Source: Longimicrobiales bacterium
Lineage (GTDB): Bacteria > Gemmatimonadota > Gemmatimonadetes > Longimicrobiales > Gaopeijiaceae
Assembly: GCA_965248195.1 (NCBI GenBank)
Contig: CBDFIQ010000002.1
Span: 2,944,001 to 3,008,000 of the forward strand
Length of the DNA stretch: 64,000 nt
Direction of reading: 5' to 3'
Shown: one piece after another, positions 31,747-42,442 of the stretch
How positions within the stretch are numbered: position 1 is the stretch's first letter
Layout of the letters: every line of letters begins with the position of its first letter
Notes under the pieces: model-generated
The model's input: the letters and a program-made list of their open reading frames with translations, nothing else
The model's database searches: none
What the model was told of the DNA's origin: nothing
Position numbers and translations under genes: made by a program

Positions 31747-33282
31747 ATGTCCATGCGAGATCCGTTCGTCATCGTCCTGCTTCTCACCTTCGGGGCCGCT
31801 GGTGAGGGTCGGGCGCAGATCACCGATCCGATCCCGGCGCGGATCGAGAAGCGCGGCCTCATGGTCGAGATCCAGGACGTCGCCCGTCTACCGACGACCC
31901 GCGGGATGCGTCCCCCCGATCAGGACGTGAACCCGGCGGGCTGGGCGCGCGTGAGCTTCGTGCGCGACCTTTCCGACGGTCGCCGTTTCGCCAACGACTC
32001 ACGCGGCTTCTTGTACCTGCTCGAGGGCGGCGACCGGCCTACCCTCTACCTGGACTTCGTAGCCGCCTTCCCGTTCGCGATCTACAGCCGGCTGGAGAGC
32101 GGCTTCATCGGATTCGACTTCCACCCGGAATTCGCTCGCAACGGACTCCTCTACACCGTCCACGGCGAGTATGCGGCGGGCAACCCCGCCATTCCCGACT
32201 TCATCCCGCCGGGCTTCACCCCGGCCGACGTCACCCACCACAACGTCATCACCGAGTGGCGCGCAACGAACCCGGGCGCAAGCCGGTTCGAGGGCACCCG
32301 GCGTGAGCTGCTCCGTGTGGCCCACGTCGTCGCGAACCTGACCCACCCGTTCGGTTACGTAGGGTTCGACCCGACCGCGCGCTCCGGCGAGCCGGACTAC
32401 GGCCTGTTGTACACGAGCGGCAGCGACCTGGGGTTCAGTAACGGCGGCGGGCCGAACGCGAACGATCCGAGCCAGGTCCAGCGTCTGGACACCGTCGTCG
32501 GCGCGATCCTGCGCATCGATCCGCGCACTCCTGCGGAGTCGGGCGGCACGAAGGGGCTCGGCGACTACACGATTCCCGCAACCAACCCGTTCGCCTCCGA
32601 CGGCGACCCGAGCACGCTCGGCGAGATCTACGCGTACGGGTTCCGTAACGCCCACAGGCTCTCTTGGGACCCGACGGACCGGACGATGTTCGCGTCGGAC
32701 ATCGGCATGAACAACATCGAGGAAATCAACATCGTGCGCGCAGGCCAAAACTACGGCTGGATGCGCCGCGAAGGGTACTTCGAGAACGGCGTGACCCGCC
32801 CCGGCGGTGCGCTGCGGGAGCTGTTCCCCCTGCCTGCTGATGTCCTGGACGGGCGGACGGAGGACGAGTTCACCTATCCGGTGGCGATGTACGACCACAA
32901 CGACGGCCAGGTCGTGTCCGGAGGATTCGCCTATTACGGCCGGATCGAAGCGCTCCGGGACAAGTTCGTATTCGGCGACCTCGTGCGCGGCCGGATCTTC
33001 GCCGTCGATCTCACCGCCATGAAGGCGGCCGATGACGGTATTCCGCGCACGGTGGCGCCCATCGAGGAGATCCAGCTCTACGTGCGTAACTCGAGCGGCG
33101 ACCGCGTCTACGTGTCGTTCCGGGAGCTGGTCGAAGCGGCGAACGGCGCCACCACCTCACGCGCCGACATGCACATCACCATCAGCGGCGACGGCGAGCT
33201 TTTAATCCTGTCCCGGCAGGACGGTATGATCCGCATGCTCGTCCCGGACTCGGGTATGGAGGCGGCAAACAGGGGAAGGTGA
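31747..33282 (+). CDS. PQQ-dependent sugar dehydrogenase (GSDH family)
   Basis: FHPEFARNG, GAILRIDP, EIYAYGFRN, EEINIV, NYGW. Confidence 0.85.
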   Translation: MSMRDPFVIVLLLTFGAAGEGRAQITDPIPARIEKRGLMVEIQDVARLPTTRGMRPPDQDVNPAGWARVSFVRDLSDGRRFANDSRGFLYLLEGGDRPTLYLDFVAAFPFAIYSRLESGFIGFDFHPEFARNGLLYTVHGEYAAGNPAIPDFIPPGFTPADVTHHNVITEWRATNPGASRFEGTRRELLRVAHVVANLTHPFGYVGFDPTARSGEPDYGLLYTSGSDLGFSNGGGPNANDPSQVQRLDTVVGAILRIDPRTPAESGGTKGLGDYTIPATNPFASDGDPSTLGEIYAYGFRNAHRLSWDPTDRTMFASDIGMNNIEEINIVRAGQNYGWMRREGYFENGVTRPGGALRELFPLPADVLDGRTEDEFTYPVAMYDHNDGQVVSGGFAYYGRIEALRDKFVFGDLVRGRIFAVDLTAMKAADDGIPRTVAPIEEIQLYVRNSSGDRVYVSFRELVEAANGATTSRADMHITISGDGELLILSRQDGMIRMLVPDSGMEAANRGR

Positions 33283-33344
33283 GGCGGGGTGGGCATGTCA
33301 ACCTGATATACGCACCACTCACGCTCCTCATTCCGCGTGAGATC

Positions 33345-33418
33345 CCTACGGACCCACCCGATGCGAAGGTGGCGACCGCAGTTACCTGGCCCGCCAAATG
33401 GCTTTTGTTTTGCCTATC
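33345..33418 (+). mobile_element. IS91-like oriIS end lacking the promoter segment
   Basis: cccgccaaatggcttttgttttgcctatc|CTTC. Confidence 0.6.
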
Positions 33419-33596
33419 CTTCACGTTCTCCTATCATCGCATCGTTCATCGGGGTTCTTCTCGCGAGGCATAGGTGCTAGCGACGGTCGGGTTTGCTCCC
33501 TCGCCTTCCGTCGACTAGCGTGAAACGGTCCACCAGAACGCCTTCAGTGCAAGCTGCTAGAGCACCGAGGGGGAATCTCCAGCCCGTTGAGGACTG

Positions 33597-35222
33597 ATGG
33601 TGCCCACAAGTTCCCGGCCCCCTGGGAAGGAGCGCCGACAAGAGAAGCAGCGAGCAGCTGAGGCAGCCCCAGCGCTGGCGGCACCTCCGAGTCGACACTT
33701 CTGGGTTCCGCTGTCCTTCACCCTCGCCCTCGTCCCTATCGCGTTCGTGGAGCGGGTTCGGGACCATCCCGTCCTGGTGTGGTCGGTCTTCGCCTCAGTG
33801 GGTACGCTCCTGGCTTGGCAGGCATGGCTCTTCCTCGGGATGAAGGAGGAGAGCACTACCCCAGCCTTTTCGATTGTCTTGCGAGCACAGCATTACCTTC
33901 AGGCATGCCTCCAGCTCTCCGTGTTCGGATACTGGGGGTGGTACTGGAGGCCGGTCTACGAGCACGCGTGGCTCCTGCTCGCACAGCTCCTCTTCGCCTA
34001 CGCCTTCGGGATTCTCCTCGCGTGGTCACGCCGTCAGCCGTACGCCCTGGGGTTCGGGGTCTTCCCGATCGTCCTCAGCACGAACCTCTTCCTCTGGTTC
34101 CATGACGACTGGTTTTACCTGCAGTTCCTGATGATCGCGGTAGGGTTCCTGGGCAAGGAGTTCGTGCGCTGGACGCGGGAGGGCCGGCGGGTGCACATCT
34201 TCAACCCCTCCGCCTTTTCGTTGGGGCTCTTCTCGGTGGTATTGATCGCCATGGACGCGACGGATCTCACCTGGGGCCAGGAGATCGCGTCCACGCTGAG
34301 CATGGCGCCGGGCATCTACACGTTTCTCTTCGTGATCGGCCTGATCGCGATGTACAACTTCTCGATCACTCTCGTCTCCGGACTCGCCGCCGTGGTGCTG
34401 TTCGGTTGGAGCGCAGGGTACTTCACGGTGACCGGAGTTCCTTACTTCATCGATTCGGAGATCCCCATCGCGGTCTTCCTCGGGCTCTATCTACTGGTGA
34501 CGGACCCCTCCACCTCGCCCCGCACCCCCCTCGGAAAGGCGGTCTTTGGGCTCCTGTACGGGGTCAGCGTCTTCGCTCTTTTCGCCGGGCTGGACGTGAT
34601 CGGTGCACCAAGGTTTTACGACAAGCTGCTGGCCGTCCCTCTCCTGAACCTGAGCGTCCAACAGATCGACCGCCTCGCACGCACGATCCAGGGCACGGCG
34701 TGGTGGGGCCGCATGCGTCCCGTGTGGCCTCCCGCCCGGCTGAACCTGGCCCATATGGCCCTCTGGATCCCGTTCTTCATCCTGATGACCGCGACCGGAC
34801 GAACGGACGGCCGACACACGGGACACAGCGTGCCCTTCTGGGAGCAGGCCTGCGAGGAGGGCCGGCGCAAGGCGTGCGACCGGTTGCTTGACGTCGAGTA
34901 CTCCTACTGCGTCGACAACTCCGGCTGGGCCTGCAACGAGGTGGGGCGGCATCTTGCGGAAGGGCGGATCACGGATCCTGATCCGGAGCTGTCGCGGGGG
35001 TATTTCATCCGCGCCTGCGAGGCTCGCTTCCAACCTGGTTGCCTGAACCTCCTGGAGCCGGAAGGCCTCGCCGTCGCCCCCCCTCGGACTCTGGACTTGA
35101 GGCTCCTGGTCCGTGAAGGCAGAGCCACCCTCCTGGACATGCCGGAGCCGGAGCTCTACGCGCGGGCCTGCGATCATCAGTGGGACTTCGCGTGCGAAGC
35201 CCTAGCGCTCCGGTCGCTCTGA
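33597..35222 (+). CDS. RnfD/NqrB-like membrane protein with Cys-rich Sel1-like C-terminus
   Basis: HIFNPSAF and TDPSTSP motifs; C-terminal repeated AC...AC/GC pattern. Confidence 0.65.
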   Translation: MVPTSSRPPGKERRQEKQRAAEAAPALAAPPSRHFWVPLSFTLALVPIAFVERVRDHPVLVWSVFASVGTLLAWQAWLFLGMKEESTTPAFSIVLRAQHYLQACLQLSVFGYWGWYWRPVYEHAWLLLAQLLFAYAFGILLAWSRRQPYALGFGVFPIVLSTNLFLWFHDDWFYLQFLMIAVGFLGKEFVRWTREGRRVHIFNPSAFSLGLFSVVLIAMDATDLTWGQEIASTLSMAPGIYTFLFVIGLIAMYNFSITLVSGLAAVVLFGWSAGYFTVTGVPYFIDSEIPIAVFLGLYLLVTDPSTSPRTPLGKAVFGLLYGVSVFALFAGLDVIGAPRFYDKLLAVPLLNLSVQQIDRLARTIQGTAWWGRMRPVWPPARLNLAHMALWIPFFILMTATGRTDGRHTGHSVPFWEQACEEGRRKACDRLLDVEYSYCVDNSGWACNEVGRHLAEGRITDPDPELSRGYFIRACEARFQPGCLNLLEPEGLAVAPPRTLDLRLLVREGRATLLDMPEPELYARACDHQWDFACEALALRSL

Positions 35223-35236
35223 CCCATGACAGAGCG

Positions 35237-36187
35237 ATGATCGAGGCGCGCTCCTCCGCTCCCCCGGCCTGGCTGGGCGGAGGTGCGATCTTCCTGGCGG
35301 TGCTGACGCTGGTGGGCGCCGTCTGGACGTTCCGGCCCACCTCAGACGAGCCGCCCCTGCCTCCGATGCCGGGCACCAGTGATCTTTCGCGGTTCCGCGC
35401 CGACGCATGGTTCCTGCCGGCCGAGGAACTCCTGGGGTTCGTGGAGATCCCCGCCGGTCCGTTCCTCATGGGGAGCGACCCGGGTCTCGATCCCCTCGCT
35501 TTCGACAACGAGCATTGGCTGGACACCGGGGGCCGAGCGACGGTGGAGCTTCCCACCCTCTACGTCGGCCGGTACGAGGTCACCGTAGCGCAGTTCCGTG
35601 CGTTCGTGGAAGCGACTGGGTACCGAGCCGACCCCGCGGCCGTCGCCGGACTCGCGGACCATCCGGTGGTCGCCGTCTCGTGGACTGACGCCTTGAGCTA
35701 CGTGCGCTGGCTCGAGGGGCAGCTGCGGGAGTCTCGGGAAACGCCCGCCGAGTTGGCCCGTCTCCTCGGGGAAGGCTGGCGGGTCACCCTTCCCACGGAG
35801 GCCGAATGGGAGAAGGCGGCTCGGGGCACCGACGGACGGATCTACACCTGGGGAGATGAGCCGCGGCGGGACCGAGCCAACTTCATGAGCGGGGGCACCC
35901 AGCCGGTTGGAAGTCTTCCCTGTCCGGAATGCCCCCACGGCCTCGCCGACATGGCGGGGAATGTCTGGGAATGGACCCGCACTCCCTTCCGGGCTGCTCC
36001 CTACAACGGGGGCGCGAGTCCCACCGACCTGAGGGAGGACGCCCTCTGGGTCATGCGGGGCGGGTCGTTCGCCGATCCCGAGCGGAACGTGCGCGCGGCC
36101 ATCCGCGGAGGCGCCGATCCCGGCGCCCGGCGCTCATTCATCGGTTTCCGGCTGGCGATCAGCCGACCCTCGCCTGCGGGGCCATAA
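35237..36187 (+). CDS. Formylglycine-generating enzyme (SUMF1/FGE-sulfatase) domain protein
   Basis: EVTVAQF, LPTEAEWEKAARG, DMAGNVWEW, RGGSF, IGFR. Confidence 0.9.
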   Translation: MIEARSSAPPAWLGGGAIFLAVLTLVGAVWTFRPTSDEPPLPPMPGTSDLSRFRADAWFLPAEELLGFVEIPAGPFLMGSDPGLDPLAFDNEHWLDTGGRATVELPTLYVGRYEVTVAQFRAFVEATGYRADPAAVAGLADHPVVAVSWTDALSYVRWLEGQLRESRETPAELARLLGEGWRVTLPTEAEWEKAARGTDGRIYTWGDEPRRDRANFMSGGTQPVGSLPCPECPHGLADMAGNVWEWTRTPFRAAPYNGGASPTDLREDALWVMRGGSFADPERNVRAAIRGGADPGARRSFIGFRLAISRPSPAGP

Positions 36188-36228
36188 AAAGCGCCGGGCC
36201 CCGGGTATGAATCCCGGAGCCCGGCGCG
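36185..36228 (-). terminator. Rho-independent terminator between converging genes
   Basis: gcgccgggc...gcccggcgc stem with a flanking A-run. Confidence 0.6.
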
Positions 36229-36301
36229 TCTCACATGTGAGACGCTCAGGTACCCATGGCCTCCCCGGCGACCTCGCCGCCGGAGTTCGGACGATCGGAG
36301 C

Positions 36302-38398
36302 TCAGGGAAGCGTCAGAGCGACATAGCCGCCTGGCATGTCTGCGCTGCCCGCGTTCACTACGATGTACTGCTTGCCTTCGTGCATGAACGTCATCATCCC
36401 GTACTGGCCGGCCGCCGGGAGCTCGGTCGAGGCGACGACCTGACCCGTCCGCTTGTCGCGGGCGTTCAGGACCGAGCCAGGTCCGGCGCCGCCCCCCCGG
36501 GCGGTCTGGAGCAGGAGATCGCCCATGACCATCTGGATGCCGCCCCCTCCCGCTCCCGTATGGGGAACGTCCACTCCTGCCAGGAGGGGGTGGTTGAGGA
36601 TGTTGTCAGGTGTCTCGCCGACGGGGACGTCCCAGAGCTTTGTGCCCGTGTTCATGTCGATGGCGACGATTCCGCTGTAGGGCTTGTAGACCGGCAGACC
36701 GTCTATGTTCTCTAAGCCGGGGCCCCCGCCCCCGGGCAGCCAGGGAACCGGCCTAACGCCCGTAGTGGGCGTGGATCTCTCGCCGGGCAGCAATGCGGTG
36801 AAATCCCTGAGGTCCTCCTCCATCGTGGGCCTCAGGAAACCCGAGGTTCCGCACCTCCGGGAGTGCGAGGCGTACATGATTCCCGTCGTGGGATCCGCGA
36901 CTGCCGGGGTGGGAATGTTGAGGCCCCCCATGCCGCAGTTGATCATGGCTCGGTAATCGTTCGTGTGATCGAAGGGGAGCGGCGGCGCGTAGGTCCCACC
37001 TATGTGGTACTGACTCAGGATGATCTGCGCCTGCGCCTTCAGATCCGGGGTGTAGTCCATGATGTACTTGTCAGTCAGACCGTCGATGACAATCGAATCC
37101 AGCGGCGACGGAAGGGTCGGAAAGGGCTGCGTCGGCGACGTCCAGTCGCCCGGGACCTGCGTCTGAGGAACCGGTCGCTCCTCGATGGGCCAGATCGGCT
37201 CCCCGGTCTCCCGGTTGAACGCGAAGACGAGCCCCTGCTTGGTGTTCTGGATCAGCGCCGGGATCTCCTGCCCGTCCACAGTGAGGTCCAGCAGGATCGG
37301 CGCGGCCGGAAGGTCGTAATTCCAGCGGTCGCTGTGGTGGATCTGGAAGTGCCACCTACGCTCCCCTGTCTGGACGTCCAGCGCGATGACGCTCCCGCCA
37401 AAGAGGTTGTCCCCCGGGCGATGGCCCGTGTAGGACTGGATCGTCGAGGCGTTTGTGACGAAGTATACGAGTCCGAGCTCCGGATCGGCGGACGCGGGAG
37501 CCCACTGGCCCATGTTCCCCGACCACCGCCAGGCGTCGTTCTCCCAGGTGTCGTGGCCGAACTCACCGGGCCGCGGCACGACGTGGAACTTCCAAAGCTG
37601 CTGTCCGGTCCTGGCGTCGTAACCCGAGAGGTCGCCCGGGACGTTCTCGATCCGGCGTTGGCTGTAAGCGGGCTCGTGGGCGGTCTGCGCCACGATGACG
37701 TCGTTCACGACGATCGGGGGCGAGGAGCTCGTGACCATCCCCAGCTCCCTGGGAATCCCATAGTCCGGGTCGTAGGTCCCCCCCGCGGCCACGTAGTCCT
37801 GCCACGGCCCCCAATCCCCGATGAGGTCCGGGATCAGGTCGACGACCCCCGTTTGCGCGAAGTCATCGAGCGGTACGGGCGAGCCCCAGTTCTCCAGGGG
37901 CAGCCCCGTCTTGGCGTCCAGGGCCCACAGGAAGAACGCAGGCGTCGTGATGTAGATCACGCCTCGTCCGTCTATTTCCCCGTAAGCGACGCCCTTTCCG
38001 TGCGCCGCCCTGGGCGACCGCATGTACCTCATGGTGTTGGGCTCACGGAACATCCAGACCGTCTCTCCCGTCGCCGGATCGATCGCAACGACCTGGCGGC
38101 GGCTGCCCGACACGGTGTACAGCATCCCGTCTACGTAGATCGGGACCGCCCGCGACGTGTACGCGGGTTGCGGCCCAGCGTTGTCGCCCCGCCAGATCCA
38201 GGTCACCTCCAGGTCGTCGAAGTTGGAGGCATTGATCTGGGTCAGCTGTGGATTGGACCGGGTGGCGCCAGCGTCGCCGATTAGGTAACGCCACTCTCCG
38301 TTCTCGAGGCCCGTGAGCTGCGCGGATCCCGGCAACGCGACGCCGAGTGCGATCACGAGAGCAAGGACGCCTGAAGTGTTCCGATGTCGAGTTGTCAT
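36302..38398 (-). CDS. PQQ-dependent glucose/quinate dehydrogenase-like quinoprotein
   Basis: QINASN, ALDAKTG, ADPELGLVY, WHFQIHH..WNYD, SPTQPFP. Confidence 0.85.
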   Translation of the reverse strand: MTTRHRNTSGVLALVIALGVALPGSAQLTGLENGEWRYLIGDAGATRSNPQLTQINASNFDDLEVTWIWRGDNAGPQPAYTSRAVPIYVDGMLYTVSGSRRQVVAIDPATGETVWMFREPNTMRYMRSPRAAHGKGVAYGEIDGRGVIYITTPAFFLWALDAKTGLPLENWGSPVPLDDFAQTGVVDLIPDLIGDWGPWQDYVAAGGTYDPDYGIPRELGMVTSSSPPIVVNDVIVAQTAHEPAYSQRRIENVPGDLSGYDARTGQQLWKFHVVPRPGEFGHDTWENDAWRWSGNMGQWAPASADPELGLVYFVTNASTIQSYTGHRPGDNLFGGSVIALDVQTGERRWHFQIHHSDRWNYDLPAAPILLDLTVDGQEIPALIQNTKQGLVFAFNRETGEPIWPIEERPVPQTQVPGDWTSPTQPFPTLPSPLDSIVIDGLTDKYIMDYTPDLKAQAQIILSQYHIGGTYAPPLPFDHTNDYRAMINCGMGGLNIPTPAVADPTTGIMYASHSRRCGTSGFLRPTMEEDLRDFTALLPGERSTPTTGVRPVPWLPGGGGPGLENIDGLPVYKPYSGIVAIDMNTGTKLWDVPVGETPDNILNHPLLAGVDVPHTGAGGGGIQMVMGDLLLQTARGGGAGPGSVLNARDKRTGQVVASTELPAAGQYGMMTFMHEGKQYIVVNAGSADMPGGYVALTLP

Positions 38399-38700
38399 TC
38401 TGCCTCCCTCATAAGACGACGTGGAAAACGCTCACCTGAACTGCGCCTGGGATCGTCACTCCCCAGAGCCGGGCTTCCAATGGCCAGGTCGCGATACCGG
38501 TCGTGAGTATCGATGACAAGTTACGCGGGACACTAATGTCCGGAAAGGGCGAGAGGGTATTGTCCGAGCGCATACCGCGGTGGTATCGCTCATGGGACCA
38601 AAGTCCAATGTCGACCTCGGCTGTCTTCTCGGGCGGGCGTCTGAGTTGCCGCGAGTTTGGGAACGACCCGGAATGACCCCTGCTGCTAGTGTCGCGAGGA

Positions 38701-41091
38701 TTACAGTGCTGAGCCGAGCCGCCTCCGCATGTCGTCGGCCCTCTGCCGCATCGCGTCACCTTCAGCACCGCGGCCCACCTCGCGGAGTAAGCTCGAGTAG
38801 TTGTCTAAAAGCTGCGCTATCGATGGGTGATCGGGGCCGAAGGATGCCTCGAAGGCCTTCAGGGCCGAGTTGTACTGAAGCTCGGCCTCACTGTAGCGTT
38901 GTGTGTTGCTGTAAATCGATCCCAAGTTGAACCTCGTACTCGCCACCGAAGGGTGGTCCGTGCCCAGGAGCCGCTCTTTCATTTGCAGGGAGCGACGTAG
39001 CATCGGTTCGGCCTGTGCGTAGTCCTCCTGTCGCGCGTATAGGATGGCGAGATTGCCCATCGAGTTGGCGAGGTCCGGGTGGTCTCCTCGATACACCTCC
39101 TCCTTGATGGCTAGGGAGCGCACGAATGTCTGTTCGGCCTCGGAAAATCGCCCCGAACGGCTGAACAGGTTCCCTAGCGCGTTGAGAGTCGTGGCGACTC
39201 TAGGATGAGCGGGTCCGTAAACGCGCTCTCTAATGTCCAGGGCGCGGGTTAAAAGCGCTTCGGACTCCTCATAGTCGCCTTCGATCCTGAGTATGACCCC
39301 CAAGTCGTGGAGGGTTCGGTGGAGGTTGGGATGATCGAGCCCATATTCTCCTTCACGGATGCGTAACGCGTCACGATACAGTTCGACCGCAGAAACATTG
39401 TCGCCTCGGTCACGAGCCAGCGTTCCTCGAGACTCGCGTACAGCGGCTACTCGAACGTCGTCTGGGCCGTAAGCGCTCAGGCGGATACTCTCAGCCGCTA
39501 CAAAGGTCGAGTCCGCTTCTTCATATCGTGCGAGATTGAGATAGACCTCACCAAGCCGGTATAGGACGGCTCCGACCTCCGGGTCCCTTGGACCGAGCGC
39601 CTCCGTACGTCCTGCTAGGACTTCCAAATAGAGGCGCTCCGCTTCCTCGAATCTTCCCTGGTCGAAGAAGGTGCGCCCGAGCATCTCGACAGAGGCCAAA
39701 GTCTCGAGCTCGTTTCCCGGAGCTTCCCGACCCCTAATCTCCGACGCCTCCGTCAGGAGTTCAGCTGCCGAGTCGAATCGCCCCAAACTTCGGTAAACGG
39801 TTCCCATCACATGCATTAGACGCGCCTGGAGGAGCGGTTGATCAGCGAGCTCAGTGCGAATCCGCTCCGCCCCCGAATCCAGTATGTCACGGGCCGTAAT
39901 CGTGTCGCCCAGAGCCTCGTCTGGATCACTCGCCTCGAACAATCCCACCAGGAAGTTCGATACCTGAGCGGCGGTTTCAGCCTCCCGTTGAGCAATCCGC
40001 TCCGACGCGCGCGCTTGTACCATCCCGACTGTGGTAGAGACCGCACCTAGGGCCAGAGCCACCGTAGCCACCGCAACCGCTACTGCCCCCACCCTGTTAC
40101 GACGTACGAGCTTTCCCAGCCTATACGTGACCGTCGGCGGCCTGGCATCGATGGGCTGATCCTCCAGATACCGGCGAAGGTCCACGGCCAGGGCGTCTGC
40201 GGCCGAATACCTCCGGTCGCGATCCTTGTCCATCGCTTTTAGTACGATCCACTGAAGGTCTCCTGACAGGACTCTCCTCATGGCTTGTGGAGTCGTGCTC
40301 CGGAGACGCGCCAAGGTCTCCTGTGTAGCCGCCAACTCGAAGAGGCGCTCCCCGAACGTCGGCGGTTCTTCGTTTAGCTGCGCCGCAAACGCCGCCCAGC
40401 CCGGGTTCGCCTTGGGCTCGAAAGGCAGCTCGCCAAGGAGCAGATGGTAGAGCAGCACACCGAGCGAGTAGACGTCGGAGCGCGTCTCTACGTCCGAGGA
40501 GCCAGCGATTTGTTCGGGACTCATGTACGCAGGTGTTCCCACCATCTGGTCGCTTTGGGTGAGATGTGCGCTTTGGAACTCACCAAATCCCGTCGCCTTG
40601 GCGATGCCGAAGTCGATAACACGCGGCCTCGGCTTCCCGTCCACGTCCGTCACGAGAACGTTGGCCGGCTTGAGGTCGCGATGGATGACGCCCTTTTGAT
40701 GCGCATGTTGGACCGCTTCGCACACATCGATGAAGAGCTCGATGCGCTGCCTAATGGTCAGGAGTTGACCGTCGAAGAACTCGTGGATCGGGCCACCGTC
40801 CACGAACTCCATCACGAAGTAGGAGCGACCGTCGCTGCTCACCCCTGCGTCGAAGACCTTTGCGATAGCTGGGTGAGACATTACGGCCAGGGCTTGTCTC
40901 TCGGCCTCGAACCGTCGTAATACCTGCTCTGGGTCCGCTCCGACCTTCATCACCTTCAAAGCAACGCGGCGACGGACGGGCTCCTCTTGCTGCGCCTCGT
41001 ACACGATGCCCATGCCGCCCTGACCGATCATGCGAACGATGTGATACGGACCGATGCGCTCAGGGTGCTCGAACGTGTTTGATTCGGACAT
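38701..41091 (-). CDS. Ser/Thr protein kinase with TM segment and TPR repeats
   Basis: GQGGMG, HRDLKPAN, DFGIAK, GTPAYMSPEQ; G.DHP TPR repeats. Confidence 0.92.
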   Translation of the reverse strand: MSESNTFEHPERIGPYHIVRMIGQGGMGIVYEAQQEEPVRRRVALKVMKVGADPEQVLRRFEAERQALAVMSHPAIAKVFDAGVSSDGRSYFVMEFVDGGPIHEFFDGQLLTIRQRIELFIDVCEAVQHAHQKGVIHRDLKPANVLVTDVDGKPRPRVIDFGIAKATGFGEFQSAHLTQSDQMVGTPAYMSPEQIAGSSDVETRSDVYSLGVLLYHLLLGELPFEPKANPGWAAFAAQLNEEPPTFGERLFELAATQETLARLRSTTPQAMRRVLSGDLQWIVLKAMDKDRDRRYSAADALAVDLRRYLEDQPIDARPPTVTYRLGKLVRRNRVGAVAVAVATVALALGAVSTTVGMVQARASERIAQREAETAAQVSNFLVGLFEASDPDEALGDTITARDILDSGAERIRTELADQPLLQARLMHVMGTVYRSLGRFDSAAELLTEASEIRGREAPGNELETLASVEMLGRTFFDQGRFEEAERLYLEVLAGRTEALGPRDPEVGAVLYRLGEVYLNLARYEEADSTFVAAESIRLSAYGPDDVRVAAVRESRGTLARDRGDNVSAVELYRDALRIREGEYGLDHPNLHRTLHDLGVILRIEGDYEESEALLTRALDIRERVYGPAHPRVATTLNALGNLFSRSGRFSEAEQTFVRSLAIKEEVYRGDHPDLANSMGNLAILYARQEDYAQAEPMLRRSLQMKERLLGTDHPSVASTRFNLGSIYSNTQRYSEAELQYNSALKAFEASFGPDHPSIAQLLDNYSSLLREVGRGAEGDAMRQRADDMRRRLGSAL

Positions 41092-41344
41092 CAGAGTGGG
41101 CTCCGTGGCACGGCCATGAGGCGAGCAAATAGATGCCCAGCGCCGGACAGAGAGTCCGCCAGTGGATTTCTCTGCTCCGGCGCTCGAGTGGACCGTTGAT
41201 CAAGTCCAGAACAGAAGAAACCTGCGGGCTCGGGGTTCGGCCTCAATCGGAAACTCTCCCGACCATCAGGTTACCGTTGAAGACCTTCCTCGCGCAATGA
41301 CAAAAGTGGAAGCCCCTGTACCCAAAGGACTTCCGCCAGTGCCC

Positions 41345-41563
41345 GCCGGAAGCCCGCCTACCTAGGGGCTCCCGGCGAGTGAGCCGGGTGGGTCTCGAAC
41401 CCACGACCTACGGATTAAAAGTCCGATCGCAGCATATACGCAGAGTGCCCGCCAGGTAGCCTAAGTCACGCCGAGTTAGGCTGTTAGGGGGTCGGTTGTT
41501 CTCTGGAGTGTTGCTGAGATCCGACCAGCTTAGGGGAGTTTGGAGTCCCGGTCGGGGTCCCAA
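41345..41563 (-). repeat. att-junction repeat A: arm, tRNA-Lys(UUU) 3' half (41380-41425) and hairpin
   Basis: Minus strand reads cggacttttaatccg taggtc gtgggttcgagacccac ccggctca. Confidence 0.88.
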
Positions 41564-41873
41564 CGTGCCATCCAAGCGTTCAGCCGAGTATCCAGCTGCT
41601 CAGGGTGGAGGTCTAGTCTACCCCCGAGTTCGGCGATCACCACGAAGGCCTCATAGTTCTCTCGGGTCCGCTCCTGCTGATAGCCGAAGCCTACCCGGTC
41701 CACTCCCAGCCGCGGTTTTCCGCCCCGCTTGGGAGCGGCGGGAGGCGACGAAACGTTTCCGAAACGATGCCGAGGGGGGCCTGGGGGTAAGCAGGCCTGC
41801 GTGAGGTTCTACTCCGGGACCCACTCCGGTCCCGGCTATCGCACAGTCTCCCGGGCCGGGATCGGGGGGGGCG

Positions 41874-42287
41874 CTACTGGGCTCCGACCGGCAGGATCTC
41901 GACGGTCGAGTCGTGCATCCAGCCATTGTCCTCGTCGCCGATGACGACGCGCTGGCCGCGACGGATGATCTCGTGCCTGCCCTCATACCAGCGAACGATC
42001 ATGCCGGTCTCGCGGAGCCCGGGCGACAGCTGCACCTGAACCCATTCGCCGCGCCGGCCGATGATCGGTAGCACGGTGCCCTCGGTTACCAGTAATAGCA
42101 GGTTCGAGCCGGTGCTCGGCGCGTCGTGCACGTTGGCGTAGCTCGTCGGTACGCGCGCTCGCTCGCCGGCTGCTTCCTCCTGGGCTGCCGTCGGCGTCGC
42201 CAGGGTTACGACAGCGGCAGCGACCGCCAGTGCCCGCGCTCCAGCGCCGAAGTGTGGTCGCCCGGGAGTAAGTGCATCGGCTTGCAT
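41874..42287 (-). CDS. Exported bacterial SH3-domain protein
   Basis: ANVHDAPST, GEWVQV, GWMH; signal peptide. Confidence 0.6.
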   Translation of the reverse strand: MQADALTPGRPHFGAGARALAVAAAVVTLATPTAAQEEAAGERARVPTSYANVHDAPSTGSNLLLLVTEGTVLPIIGRRGEWVQVQLSPGLRETGMIVRWYEGRHEIIRRGQRVVIGDEDNGWMHDSTVEILPVGAQ

Positions 42288-42442
42288 ACGAGATAGTAGT
42301 AGCGAATAATCATCGTGGTCAAGACAACTCGCAGGGCGCGAGCCGGTCGCTCCCGCCGACGCTGGTATACGCAAGATGGGGTCTGCGCCCGACGAGTGCA
42401 CCGGAGCGCAACCGCCAGCGCAGCGCCAAACGGAGTCTGACG

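Noticed and set aside
36863..38284. Long antisense ORFs (also 54287-55705, 58194-59405, 1064-2101)
   Set aside because: Shadow frames opposite well-supported genes in GC-rich DNA, with no recognisable motifs.
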